64,000 nucleotides of DNA from Candidatus Poribacteria bacterium (GCA_965215015.1 OZ244042.1:3360001-3424000); one strand, 5' to 3'; shown: positions 51,602 through 62,621, numbered from the stretch's first letter. The notes: a model not told the origin generated them from the letters alone. A program made the numbers and translations.

Positions 51602-51862
51602 CCAATTTCCTCCAATCTGATTTGTGCGACTTTTTCATTTTTCCCCATAGTTTCGTCCGTTTACGTTCATGGGTATTGAATGGGTTAAACTCTAGCATAT
51701 TGCATGTTCTATTTCAACAAGAATTTTAGCAATAACCGAGGTTGCTGCCCCCGTGCTTTTTTTTAAATCTTGTCTTTTTTCAAATTTTATCGGTATATAT
51801 TAAACAGTTGAAATTATCATCCGCCCTTCTCATCCAAATTACCATCCAGACTGGAGGTAAAC

Positions 51863-52250
51863 ATGGAAAGATCAGATGAAGCTTTGATGCTTCAACTTCA
51901 AACTGGCAATTCGGCTGCATTTGAGATATTGGTCAAACGGTGGGAAAAACTGCTGCTGAGTTACTGCTATCGAGCTGAATCAGGTAATCGCCCGAAACGA
52001 GCAGCTGAAGCGAATGGGCGTGCCGATAAGGGAGCGCATACAACGCCTCACGCGGTTCGCTGCAGAAATAGGCAATTCCATAGCAACGGAGAAGCGTATG
52101 GCTGAACTCCATCTGGGACTGCTTCGTGAAAATACCGAGCTGAAGGTCGAGATTGACCGATATATGCATCAACATGTGATGCTGCCTCTCCCACATTACT
52201 TGTTGGGGTTAAGTGAGGAGGATTACCAGTCCCTTCTACATGGACACTAA
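51863..52250 (+). pseudogene. Truncated ECF sigma factor N-terminus joined to the 3' remnant of another gene
   Basis: GGAGG RBS, MERSDEALM..LQ.G...AFE.LV.R (ECF region 1.2/2 start) ending after about 37 codons; a different frame then gives an unrelated C-terminal fragment. Confidence 0.65.
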
Positions 52251-52451
52251 CATGTGGGCAATCGCCCGACGATGCCCCTCCCTTCCCTCTATTTTTCGGT
52301 CTTCTTGTCTATGAAGGCCTTAGCATTGCTTAGACTCATTTCCATTGTGATCACTTGTGAGACACCAAGCCAACCGTTGGAATTGACTACTGTTTTTCAC
52401 ACATAAACACTAAAGAAGGGAGCCATCGGTATTAGTCCTGATCTTTGACTG

Positions 52452-54140
52452 CTATCTATAGAGCAGTTTCCGTAACGATTGTCTGCCGAGTAGATATGAT
52501 ATTATCCACACACCAATGAGGATACTCAGAATAAACGCAATCGTGAGTTGTTGTGGGGTGGCAAGTAAGCCGCTCTGTTTTCCCCCCAAGATTTTCATTT
52601 CGCTAAGGACAACGATTTGCAAGATTATGATGGGTCCACTGAGCAATATTAGGTTAGCAATGATTGTGACCAAAAGCGTCGCAAGTCGGAGAACTGGGCG
52701 CCTGCTGGAATCTCGATCGGTTTCTCCGATTTCTGCGACCCAAGGCAGTGTTCCCATCGCCGTGTTGAACGCTGTAGCTGTAGCTGTGATCAGTGTAGTC
52801 ATCAATAGGATTGGCAGCCATAGCTGCAGGGGTATCCGAAACAGGATTAGTATGACCAAAACCCACACTTCTGCGTAAGCAACTGCACAGAACGTCCCAA
52901 TCAAAAGTTTGCTCTTGAACAACAACGTCGGTGAAATCGCACTTGATTTTAAGAGCCACCACGTTTTTGCCTCTGCTTTGCAGCCCCCCCATGAGAGTCC
53001 GGCTGTTATTATCACGCTGTAGATCATAATTTGAACGGCTATCGCTGCTAAGTTCGGCAGATGAAGACTATAGTCAATTTCATCATCAGCTCGTATCTGA
53101 TAAACTGTGGCAACTATCGGTATCAACTGGAGGAGGGTTAGTACTACAATCATCATCACGCGTCCCTTGTGTCGGAGGAAAACGTGGAAATCTTTTGCCA
53201 TCATTGAGCGGATTTTGCCTTGACCTAGAAAGGCAGCACTCCTCCGCTTCTTGCCGTTCCGTCCCGGATTTACTTCTACACGCCTAGCGTATTCCCAGCT
53301 CCGGTGGTAGATTTTGGAAGCCAATAACATACTTAAAAACGGTATGACTATGCTTGCAATGGCCAGTTGGAGCCCCCACCGTAGCGGTTGGGTTCCCGAT
53401 TCGGGGAGCCAGCTCATCATGAACTTCGCTGTCCACAGATGGGGATACCAGTCCGAGGTGGAGAGTTTTAATTGTTCGAGGAGAAATGTGGCAATCTCAT
53501 CTGACCGCTCAAATGTAAGGATACTGAACGCGAGGAAAAATCCAGCGGCAGCACCGATAATTGCGCCAACGATTTTTAAGAATTTTATCATTCGCTGTGA
53601 AGAGAAAAAGCGTGTAACCAACATCATTACGATCACAACATCCGTCACGATGATGACGAGTAAGCAGAAGCAGGCCGGAACGAGTCCAAGGTAGAAATGC
53701 CACGGCAGACCGAAGAGTCGTCCAAATGCGATCCACGGAGGAAACAGCCACATCACCATGCCGAATAAACTCGATGCAATAAGTTGAACTAACTTAAATC
53801 CGAAAACTGTTGATGGAGATAGCGACGACAGTAGCAGTGATGTATCTGCGGCTTCGTAGAACTGTTTAATTGTGTCCTCCATTGCGCTTTTCACCAAAAT
53901 GAACACACCGAAGCCCATGCAAATATTGATCGCGTGTAGTATGGTTTGTCTATCGGCGTCAGGCCGCTGTTTCACCACTTTGAAGACGGTAAGTCCTATC
54001 AGGTATAATGCAGTCATCAGCACAAGGAGACCGATGATTTCTGCGACCTTTTTCCGTCTCTCGTCTGAGGCGTATTGAATATTATTTAACCAGCCCTGCC
54101 AACTGGCTTTGAGTAAGATTGATAGTGTGTGCATAGCCAA
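52452..54140 (-). CDS. Putative ABC-2-type exporter permease
   Basis: Two polytopic halves, D.SLLLSS..P..VF..K, MMAKDF..FLR, EAKTWWLLKSS. Confidence 0.75.
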   Translation of the reverse strand: MAMHTLSILLKASWQGWLNNIQYASDERRKKVAEIIGLLVLMTALYLIGLTVFKVVKQRPDADRQTILHAINICMGFGVFILVKSAMEDTIKQFYEAADTSLLLSSLSPSTVFGFKLVQLIASSLFGMVMWLFPPWIAFGRLFGLPWHFYLGLVPACFCLLVIIVTDVVIVMMLVTRFFSSQRMIKFLKIVGAIIGAAAGFFLAFSILTFERSDEIATFLLEQLKLSTSDWYPHLWTAKFMMSWLPESGTQPLRWGLQLAIASIVIPFLSMLLASKIYHRSWEYARRVEVNPGRNGKKRRSAAFLGQGKIRSMMAKDFHVFLRHKGRVMMIVVLTLLQLIPIVATVYQIRADDEIDYSLHLPNLAAIAVQIMIYSVIITAGLSWGGCKAEAKTWWLLKSSAISPTLLFKSKLLIGTFCAVAYAEVWVLVILILFRIPLQLWLPILLMTTLITATATAFNTAMGTLPWVAEIGETDRDSSRRPVLRLATLLVTIIANLILLSGPIIILQIVVLSEMKILGGKQSGLLATPQQLTIAFILSILIGVWIISYLLGRQSLRKLLYR

Positions 54141-54334
54141 GGCGTATTGGAGAATCAGAGAATAGGATCAGCGATGTTCGATGGATTGCTGTTTGATACG
54201 TTCAGTTTTTTCCCTGTTGTGGTATCGATCGGTTTTCGCTTGATTCGGTGTGTGAAGGGTGGTATAGTGGTGGCTCGTTTATAGATTGGTTGTGCATAAA
54301 TCGAGGATTGGCTTGAGTTGAGGAGGGGATACGA

Positions 54335-55174
54335 ATGCAGATTGGAATTATGTCTAGAACCTTTGCCCGTGCAACGCTAGAGGAAGAATTGGAGGCCGTT
54401 GCAAACCGTGGGATTGACTGTATGCAATTTGGTCTTTCTAGTGCCGGTGTGACTGAACTACCAACGCATATTAATTCGGATCTGTGTGATAGAATCCGTG
54501 AAGAGATGGGTGCGCGCAACATCACAATGACCGCGCTTTCTGGCACCTACAACATGATTCATCCTGATTTACAGCAACGTGCCAATGGATTGCGGAACCT
54601 ACGTGTGTTGGCCTCGGCTTGTGACAAGCTAGGCACGTCGGTGATTACGCTATGTACGGGTACACGAGATTCCAATAATATGTGGCGACGACATCCTGAC
54701 AATGACTCGCCGGAGGCATGGGACGATCTGATAATTTCGATGCGTCAGGCTATAGAAGTCGCTGAGGAATACCAAGTCACCCTTGCCTTTGAACCGGAGG
54801 TTGCCAATGTGGTTGATTCCGCAATCAAAGCCCGTCGCATAATTGACCAGATCGGCTCCCCCTATCTGAAGGTGGTTATGGATGGCGCCAACATCTTTCA
54901 TGCCGGGGAATTGCCGCACATGCGTGAAATTCTTGATGAAGCTTTCGCGCTGCTCGGTGAGGACATCGCCTTTGCACACGCAAAGGACCTTGACCATGAT
55001 GGCGAAGCGGGGCATCTTGCCGCGGGAAAGGGGCTTTTAGATTATGATCAATACCTGTCATTGCTCAGCAACGTTGACTCCGACGTCCCAATCGTTCTTC
55101 ACGGGCTCAGCGAGGCAGAGGTAGACGGGTGTGTTGCCTTCCTGCGTGAAAAGATAGAAGCCATCAACGGGTGA
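54335..55174 (+). CDS. Sugar phosphate isomerase/epimerase
   Basis: LAFEPE, VVMDGAN, FAHAKD, AAGKGLLDY. Confidence 0.88.
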   Translation: MQIGIMSRTFARATLEEELEAVANRGIDCMQFGLSSAGVTELPTHINSDLCDRIREEMGARNITMTALSGTYNMIHPDLQQRANGLRNLRVLASACDKLGTSVITLCTGTRDSNNMWRRHPDNDSPEAWDDLIISMRQAIEVAEEYQVTLAFEPEVANVVDSAIKARRIIDQIGSPYLKVVMDGANIFHAGELPHMREILDEAFALLGEDIAFAHAKDLDHDGEAGHLAAGKGLLDYDQYLSLLSNVDSDVPIVLHGLSEAEVDGCVAFLREKIEAING

Positions 55175-55395
55175 AACGTAATGGGTAAGAAGTTCATTAT
55201 AGGTTCATTAGTTCATTGACATGCTGAACGTTATACGTATTGCCCTGTTGGAGTTTTAGGCGGCGACTTAGGTAAATCTATAGATGCGAAGTGCGTTGAC
55301 GGAATATGCACTCGGAAACTGTTAGAAATCGGTCGATAAGCGGATTAAAACAGAGGTTACGGCATACGGAGTATGCCTACTACTATCCGCTTGAG

Positions 55396-55833
55396 TTAAT
55401 ATCGCTGAAGTTTAGTATCAATTTTCCTTGCCCATCGATCGATACCGCCAACCAAACTTTTAACGCGCTTAAATCCAAGTTGTTGCAGCAGATGCGCCGC
55501 ATCTAAGCTGCGCATTCCTTTATGGCAGTATACAACGATTTCAGCGTAAGGGTTCAGTAAAGACGCCTGTCTCGGTAGTTCTCCGAGGGGAATCTGCTTT
55601 GCATCTTTAAGATGGACAATTTCGTATTCCCACGCTTCACGCACATCTAATAAAATAATATCGTGACCGTTATCTATCAATCGCTTGAGACTCTGAGGTT
55701 GGATTGTATGTTCAGCAGGATTAAAAGGGATAATTGCTTCTTCGGCACTTGGTGCCGCTCGAGGTACACTGCCTTTGACCGGCGCGCTCTTATTGAAGAG
55801 CTCTTGTAGTGCTTTTTTGATACTGTTTAGCAT
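55396..55833 (-). CDS. Rhodanese-like domain protein
   Basis: LLDVRE.WE, YCHKGMRS, LVGGIDRW. Confidence 0.9.
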   Translation of the reverse strand: MLNSIKKALQELFNKSAPVKGSVPRAAPSAEEAIIPFNPAEHTIQPQSLKRLIDNGHDIILLDVREAWEYEIVHLKDAKQIPLGELPRQASLLNPYAEIVVYCHKGMRSLDAAHLLQQLGFKRVKSLVGGIDRWARKIDTKLQRY

Positions 55834-55965
55834 GGGCTCTCTCCTTACATATTATCGTTATAGTATAAATTCAAAATGATAAATGCAGGTTCTCCCAAAA
55901 TGGAGAATTCCCTAATTATAATCAAAGTGATTGAAAGATGTCAAGAATTATACGTCCTTACCCGT

Positions 55966-58146
55966 CTAAAATGTCGCACTCACGCCCAACGTCGGCAGAA
56001 TGGGAAAAAGTGGTTCATCGCTCACGTCACACTCGATAAGTTTTCCTGTTGCCTCGTCTCGGATTTCGCTGAACACACGTTCATGAACGTTTGATCGGTT
56101 GTATAGGTTTAGGATCTGAACGTACCAGTTGAGCGTCCAACTCTTGTATTCGCTGGTTTTTGTAATCCTCAAGTCGAGGCTATGATACGGAGGCAACCGG
56201 TCTGTGTTGTACTCCCCAAATCCCCGTTCACAGTCCATACTACCATCAGAATCGAGAACGAGTTTATGATCCAGAGGTGTCGTCGGATTGCCGGTGTGGA
56301 AACGCCATGCGAGGTGTAGATACCAACGCAAAACAATCTGATAGCTGCCATTAAGGGAGATTGTATGGCGTTGATCGAAATCCCGATGGAATGTCTCGCC
56401 GAATAGTGGGCGATCATACATCAGGTCCTCCTCACTTGCCTTTGCAATTAAAAACGCATACCCCAAACTCCCCGTCAACCGATCCGATAGCGCGTACGCA
56501 CCAAAGAGGTCAAAGCCCTTTGCATGTCCCGAATCGGCGGGAGCAATAATCTGGGTTTGCCTGCCGAAATCCTGAATCTGCCCGCTGAGATTCGTGAGCA
56601 CTTTGTAATAACCTTCTGCCCGAACGAGGACATTTCTGCCGGAAGCGTATTCCGCCCCTATGATATAATGTATTGCTTGTCCAGCCCTGCCGACATCTTC
56701 GATCCCCGTTTCGACAGGAATCGTCATCAGGTCAATTGACTGATGGTAAAGCCCCCACGCTGTCCGCAACGTTAGATTTTCGATGGGCTTGACAGCCAAC
56801 GCGATTCGGGGACTAATCTCATATTTTTGAATATCGCTACGACGATAATCTTGGAACAGATAGCGACCACCAATATTGAGTGCTAGGTTGGGATGCAGTT
56901 GCCATTCATCTTGCAGGTATCCCTTGAGCTCCCAGCCTTTATCCTCAACTTCTGCTTCACCTCTATCAGGAGGGTTACAGTCCGGACAATGGTTCAGGAT
57001 AAACTGTCTTGTGACCTGTTGATGGAGAGGAAAAGAATAATCGTATGCCGCCCTAGACCAACGCCATTCCAATCCACCTCGAATTGTGTGGGTGTCTTGC
57101 AGGTGTGCAGTCAATTCGCTCTTTGCACCGAGAAAGCCGAAATCGCGTTTATCCACACCTTCAAGACCTTCGCGGCGATCTCGGGTCGCCAGATTATTGA
57201 AGACAAACAGATCTGACCAGACCGATTCGCTGTAGAAGTGCCGCCATTTCGCCCAGAACATTGCATTCTGATAGGTGGAATTAAGGTCATCTTCGTCATT
57301 ATCCTCATTGATGAAGTTGTCATCCCAAGCGTAGAGTGCGTTAAAGGTGAGTTTATCTTTATCGGTTAGGTCGTAGGCGATCTTGCTGTAGAGGTCTGCA
57401 TATTGTGGTCGGAGGTCTTCGTCGGCATCCATCAGCGCGAGAATCAGATCGACGTAGCCTCGCCGTGCTGAGACGAGCCACGAGCCTTTGTCCGATAGGG
57501 GCCCCTCCAACAGCGCATGTGCGTTGATTAGGTCAATCCCCAAGTTCATGGCGAACTTATCCCGATTTCCTGTTTTCGCGGTGATATCGAACACGCCTGA
57601 CATCTTATCGCCGTATTCCGCGGGGAAGCCGCCCATGAACAGGTCTGCGCGACGAATTACTCCGAGGTCAATAATCGAGATTGCGCCGCCAAAATCTTGC
57701 AGGTGATATGGCTCGAACAGCTCCATCCCGTCCAATCGCACAACGATTTCGTCCTTTTCGCCGCCGCGCAAATTAAATCGTGCACTGAAATCGTTGGCGG
57801 TCACGCCGGGGAAGATATGGGCGGCACGAAAAACGTCATTGTCAATCAGGGGAAACAGATTTATCCTCTCTTTCGATAATGAGAGGCTTGCATCCGTTCC
57901 ACTCTGAACGGTGAACTTACCGGGTGTCACGACGATTTCCTCAAGCTGTATAGGTTCTGATGCAGTTTGGGCGTGAGCCGGATTGTGAAACCCAACTGAT
58001 GAAAGGATTAAAAGGGAGGTGAAGATTGTCCTGATTAAGATTGGGATTGAGTTGATGCGTAAAGAGTTGCACATTGAGCGTAATATCAATTTCCCAAGTT
58101 TAGATATGAGTGTCGTGACGGTATGGAGACTTATGAATCTGGTCAT
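55966..58146 (-). CDS. TonB-dependent receptor
   Basis: LEEIVVT TonB box, plug motif GGFPAEYG...SGV, barrel strands, C-terminal Phe. Confidence 0.88.
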   Translation of the reverse strand: MTRFISLHTVTTLISKLGKLILRSMCNSLRINSIPILIRTIFTSLLILSSVGFHNPAHAQTASEPIQLEEIVVTPGKFTVQSGTDASLSLSKERINLFPLIDNDVFRAAHIFPGVTANDFSARFNLRGGEKDEIVVRLDGMELFEPYHLQDFGGAISIIDLGVIRRADLFMGGFPAEYGDKMSGVFDITAKTGNRDKFAMNLGIDLINAHALLEGPLSDKGSWLVSARRGYVDLILALMDADEDLRPQYADLYSKIAYDLTDKDKLTFNALYAWDDNFINEDNDEDDLNSTYQNAMFWAKWRHFYSESVWSDLFVFNNLATRDRREGLEGVDKRDFGFLGAKSELTAHLQDTHTIRGGLEWRWSRAAYDYSFPLHQQVTRQFILNHCPDCNPPDRGEAEVEDKGWELKGYLQDEWQLHPNLALNIGGRYLFQDYRRSDIQKYEISPRIALAVKPIENLTLRTAWGLYHQSIDLMTIPVETGIEDVGRAGQAIHYIIGAEYASGRNVLVRAEGYYKVLTNLSGQIQDFGRQTQIIAPADSGHAKGFDLFGAYALSDRLTGSLGYAFLIAKASEEDLMYDRPLFGETFHRDFDQRHTISLNGSYQIVLRWYLHLAWRFHTGNPTTPLDHKLVLDSDGSMDCERGFGEYNTDRLPPYHSLDLRITKTSEYKSWTLNWYVQILNLYNRSNVHERVFSEIRDEATGKLIECDVSDEPLFPILPTLGVSATF

Positions 58147-58165
58147 AGCAGCCCCATCTCAACCG

Positions 58166-59284
58166 TCAAAGCCCAAGGATACGTGCGATGGTGCCGCCCA
58201 TGATCATCGCCAAGTCATCTGGGTTCAGAAAACTACAGTATCTCTCAATCCAGTGGCGGGACTGGCGGTATGTGCAAAAACGGTTCTGGAACGGCATGTC
58301 TGTCCCCCAAAGCAGGCGATCTGCGCCGATATGCTCAACCATTGCTTCGAGGGTATGCCAGACCTCTTGATAGGGGTAATCGAAGATGTCACCGATTCGG
58401 ACGGGGAAACATACTTCTAAATTGAGATTGGGATTTTGGAATGGCTCCCAGATGGCATCTGGCAGCGCGATGCCATCCCCGTCCAGAAATGCGCGCCAAG
58501 GGAAGCCGTGAGTAATGCTGCAGGTGGTGTCCGGGTAACGCTCCATCCATCGCATCAGGATGCGAAGTTCATTCAAGTAACCCGTTTGCTGCTCTGCATC
58601 GGAAAGTGGGCGTTGCTCCGCCTCTGGTCCCGTGCCCAGCGTGAAGAATATGGGAACGTTGAGGGAGGTAACCGCCTCCCAGAATGGTCGGTAAACACCA
58701 TCATCCCAAGGATCGGGACTGACTAGATAGGTCAGCGGATTGAACTTGATAGCGTGCAACCCGTGCACGGTGATAGCGGTAGTAACTTCGTCAACGACGG
58801 CCTCCATCTCATCACGGATACGCCACTCATCTACATGCGTCATTGAGCGGAGGCGGTCCGGAAACCGCTGCACACATTCCGCCTGATAGGTGCTATCCCG
58901 CCCTAGCATCGGGTTCGTGTGGAGCAGTGCCATGTCCACCTCCGCATAATCCATCTCGGAATTCAAACTGAAAGGCGTGAATTCGCAACTTCGGAGATTT
59001 GGTGGGTAGAAATGCTTGGTGTATTCGTCCCCTTCGTAGTTCCAGACCACTCTGCCGCGCGGGTGGTTAATCCGAAATCGCACGTCGGGAAGGTTGGATA
59101 AATCGCGACGCCCTTCGGGGGCAAGAACCTCTGAGGAACCGGGGACGCGGTCACGAATCCGAAACGCCGGTTGGTGGTGTATCGCATGTGCTGCCTGAAC
59201 CCACTTGAGGTGTTCTTCACTACTACCGTATCCGCGCGGACTATCCGCCGATTCAAAGCAGTATGCGTGGGAGTCGATGATCAT
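58166..59284 (-). CDS. Amidohydrolase_2 family protein
   Basis: IIDSHAY, ITHG, RLLWGTDMP, IMGGT.AR. Confidence 0.85.
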   Translation of the reverse strand: MIIDSHAYCFESADSPRGYGSSEEHLKWVQAAHAIHHQPAFRIRDRVPGSSEVLAPEGRRDLSNLPDVRFRINHPRGRVVWNYEGDEYTKHFYPPNLRSCEFTPFSLNSEMDYAEVDMALLHTNPMLGRDSTYQAECVQRFPDRLRSMTHVDEWRIRDEMEAVVDEVTTAITVHGLHAIKFNPLTYLVSPDPWDDGVYRPFWEAVTSLNVPIFFTLGTGPEAEQRPLSDAEQQTGYLNELRILMRWMERYPDTTCSITHGFPWRAFLDGDGIALPDAIWEPFQNPNLNLEVCFPVRIGDIFDYPYQEVWHTLEAMVEHIGADRLLWGTDMPFQNRFCTYRQSRHWIERYCSFLNPDDLAMIMGGTIARILGL

Positions 59285-59423
59285 TGTATCCTTCCTTTCT
59301 GCCGTGCTGTTACCAACGGGCATCTAGGGTTGTATTGGTTCATTGGTATTAGGTTTCCCGGTGCCCGTTCAACTCAACCTACATTACGTGGATTATATGC
59401 TCAGCCAAGAGAGAACCCCGCTC

Positions 59424-60284
59424 CTACCGTATATACTGTGCGAGGAATTTTTGTGAACGCTTGAGTCCATCGGATTCTGACTCCCAAGTTTTCCAGTAAC
59501 GATAGTCTTCGAGTTCGACGCTGACAATCCCATCGAACCCTTCATCCTCAAGTCGTTGAACAACCTTGAGCCAATCTACGACGCCATCACCGGGGATGGT
59601 GTATCGCCACCAATCCTCACCAAAACCGCGTGGGGCATGGAAACTCGGTCCCAGGTTACCGTGGAGGTAGAGTGCATCTTGATCAAAATCGGTATCCTTG
59701 CCGTGGACGTGCACGACGTGCGCGGCAAATTCATTGAGCATCCGCAGGTAATCAATCCCGATGCGGACTAAATGTGATGGGTCGTAGTTCACGCCGAGCC
59801 CTCTCGGGCACGCTGCGAACATCGCTCGCAGCGTCTCAGGGGTGCAACCGAGCGCAGGACAGTGGGGGGAAGGACCGGGCCAACCTTCAACAGAAATAGT
59901 AACGTCGTTATCCGCGGCAAACTCAGCGATTGGTGGGACGGTCTCCTTCCACAGGTCAAAGGTTTTCGCCCGTCCAAGGGTTGGATCTGCTGGTGAGAAA
60001 ACGCAGAACATAAGATGGACATTGTTATCGGCTGCCGCTTGGATGGCGGCTTTTGCAGCTGCTGCCCCCGATTCTTGCTTAGCTTTATCAACGCTTAGCA
60101 GGTCGCCGATGCCCGGCATGTCTGCCGTGCCAATTGCCAATCCAGCGTCTCTTGCTGTCCCCACGATTTTAGGTGTGACTTCGCCTATATCGACAGCGTC
60201 AAAACCGTTGTCTACACACCAACGACAAAACTCATCAAAGGGCAGCTCGCGTGCTGTGCCCGGTATACGTAAACCAATTTTCAT
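59424..60284 (-). CDS. Sugar phosphate isomerase/epimerase
   Basis: VEGWPG, NYDPSHL, HVHGKD, PGDGVVDW, SVELED. Confidence 0.88.
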   Translation of the reverse strand: MKIGLRIPGTARELPFDEFCRWCVDNGFDAVDIGEVTPKIVGTARDAGLAIGTADMPGIGDLLSVDKAKQESGAAAAKAAIQAAADNNVHLMFCVFSPADPTLGRAKTFDLWKETVPPIAEFAADNDVTISVEGWPGPSPHCPALGCTPETLRAMFAACPRGLGVNYDPSHLVRIGIDYLRMLNEFAAHVVHVHGKDTDFDQDALYLHGNLGPSFHAPRGFGEDWWRYTIPGDGVVDWLKVVQRLEDEGFDGIVSVELEDYRYWKTWESESDGLKRSQKFLAQYIR

Positions 60285-60333
60285 AAAAATCTCCTTTATT
60301 GTTTGAATGATTCAACTACCCAGTTATTGAGGG

Positions 60334-61365
60334 TTATTTATTACGTTTTATCGCTCCCCACGTCGTTGCCATATTGTCTTGTGGGGAGACTGCCAGGGCC
60401 AAGGGATCATATTCATCTACCTTTGGGACGGCCCCTAGTGCTGAGAATCCGCCAAAGACGTAAATTTTGTTATTTACCTTGGAAACCGACAGTCCCCCTC
60501 TTGCCATCGGGAGCCGTGCCCCGCCCTCCGCGAGCCATGCACCGGTGTCCGGGGTAAAGATGTCTACTCTTGAGAGCCGGCTGGTGTTATCTGAAGCGGT
60601 TCCTCCGATGGTGTAGATTTTTCCATTGATGGTCTCGGCACCTAAGCCAATATTTGGGATAGGCATTTCGGGTTTGTGTGTCCATCGATCTTCAACGGGG
60701 TCATACATTTCAACAACATCAAAATACCGAATCCCGCCATGGGTTGTTTCTTTGAAGGTCCCACCCCCGAGCACATAAATCTTTTCCTCGAACACAACCG
60801 CAGCGTGACCACCTCTCGCTGTTGGCATATCCGCTTTCTGAGTCCAGGTGTCTCCTTCAGGATTGTACTGAAAAACGGTTGAGTAAACATCGTCGGGAAA
60901 GTCCCAGCCACCAATGAGATAAATCTGTCCATTGACGACACTTGTCGTCATCCGGTCTATGGGTACCGGCATCCGCTTTTTCCGGGTCCATCTATCTGTC
61001 GCCGGATCGTACATCTGGACAGTGTTAAGCGGCTCGAAAGCGATTCTGTGCCCCCCAAACACATAAATCTTACCATCAACCGCGCTCGCGGCAATTCCGC
61101 TTCTTTGCATTGGCATATCGGCTTTCTTTGTCCACATATCACCCTGTGGGTCGTATTCTTCCACGGCCGAGCGTGAGCCCCCATTGAGGCCGCCAATAGC
61201 ATAGATTTTGCCGTTGACAACGGCAGTGGCCAGTTGTGTCCTTGGTGTTGGCATGTCTGCTTTCTGAGTCCATTTCCCCTGTTTCGCGCGGCTCACCACA
61301 GGAAAATTTAACAGTCCGCATAATAATATTGAATTGGCTAGGAGGAGAATAAAACGGGTTTTCAT
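60334..61365 (-). CDS. Secreted Kelch-repeat beta-propeller with C-terminal TTWGxIK motif
   Basis: Six repeats of KIY..GG...YDP..D.W; signal peptide; ends LAVSPQDNMATTWGAIKRNK. Confidence 0.9.
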   Translation of the reverse strand: MKTRFILLLANSILLCGLLNFPVVSRAKQGKWTQKADMPTPRTQLATAVVNGKIYAIGGLNGGSRSAVEEYDPQGDMWTKKADMPMQRSGIAASAVDGKIYVFGGHRIAFEPLNTVQMYDPATDRWTRKKRMPVPIDRMTTSVVNGQIYLIGGWDFPDDVYSTVFQYNPEGDTWTQKADMPTARGGHAAVVFEEKIYVLGGGTFKETTHGGIRYFDVVEMYDPVEDRWTHKPEMPIPNIGLGAETINGKIYTIGGTASDNTSRLSRVDIFTPDTGAWLAEGGARLPMARGGLSVSKVNNKIYVFGGFSALGAVPKVDEYDPLALAVSPQDNMATTWGAIKRNK

Positions 61366-61420
61366 GTGTTTTCGCCATTTTATGGAAATCATGTGAATCC
61401 CGCTCCTTTTCTGCTGAGAC

Positions 61421-62621
61421 TCATCCTTCAATTAGATGCAAGGTGTCGCGGGTAATCATCAATTCCTCATTGGTTGGAATGACAAGCAGCTTTACAGGAG
61501 CGTCTGCTCGATGGATTGCCTTTTCCATCTCGCCTGACTGATTCTTTTCCGCGTCAAGGTGAATGCCAAGAAACCCAAGGTTCTCGCAGATTGTCGCACG
61601 GATGGATGGGGCGTTTTCGCCAATCCCTGCGGTAAAGATTAGTGCGTCCAAACCGCCGAGCACCGCCGCATATTTTCCAATATATTGTCTCACACGATAA
61701 GAGAACATCTGTAGTGCAAGTTCCGCCTGCGAGTTACCCTCCGAAACAGCCCGGAACAGGTCTCGGACATCTGATGCGACTCCTGAAATGCCAAGCAAAC
61801 CGCTCTCACGGTTGAGCATCTGATTAATAGCATCTGCAGATATCTGCCCCTCCTCCATCAGGTGAAAAATAATTGCGGGGTCAATGTCGCCAGAGCGTGT
61901 CCCCATCATTAAGCCTTCGAGTGGCGTTAATCCCATGCTAGTATCAACCGATTTTCCCTCATTGACCGCTGTGATACTACACCCATTTCCGAGATGGCAG
62001 GTAATCAGCTTGAGCGATGTTAGCGGGCGTCCGAGGATTTCTGCTGTTCGCATTGAGACATATCGGTGCGATGTGCCGTGAAAGCCGTACCGCCGAATAC
62101 CGTGCTGCTCATAAAGCGGGTAAGGAAGGGCATACATATAGGCGTAATCCGGCATCGTTTGGTGGAACGCCGTATCGAATACAGCGACGTGTGCAGCGTT
62201 TGGCAGCACTTGACGACAGGCGCGGATGCCATCCAAGTTATACGGGTTGTGCAGTGGGGCAAGGGGAATGCATTGATTAATCGCCATTTCAACGTTGGGC
62301 GTAATTAATACGGATTCGGCGAAGCGGCCCCCCTCCGTGGACGACACGATGTCCAACGGCGGCGATGTCATTGAGATTTTGGAGGATGCCCTTTCCTGTG
62401 TGGAGAAGTGTCTCAAGGATTGAGTGGAAAACGGTCTCATACTCCATTGGTGCAACGTTGGTTTGATGTGTGACATTATCATGCCGCTTATAGAAAAGAT
62501 TCTGGGATGGAGAACCCAATCGATCGACTTGTCCCTTTGCCAAACACACTTCGTCCGTCATCTCAAAGCATTGGAACTTAATAGAGGAGCTTCCGGCGTT
62601 GATTGTGAGTATTATAGGCAT
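61421..62621 (-). pseudogene. ackA: Acetate kinase with a +1 frameshift
   Basis: INAGSSSIKF...GHRVVHGG in one frame; APLHNP, FDTAFH, YGFHGTSH, HLGNG, GIGEN, PTNEE in another; the break falls at a G6 run (62328-62333). Confidence 0.93.
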
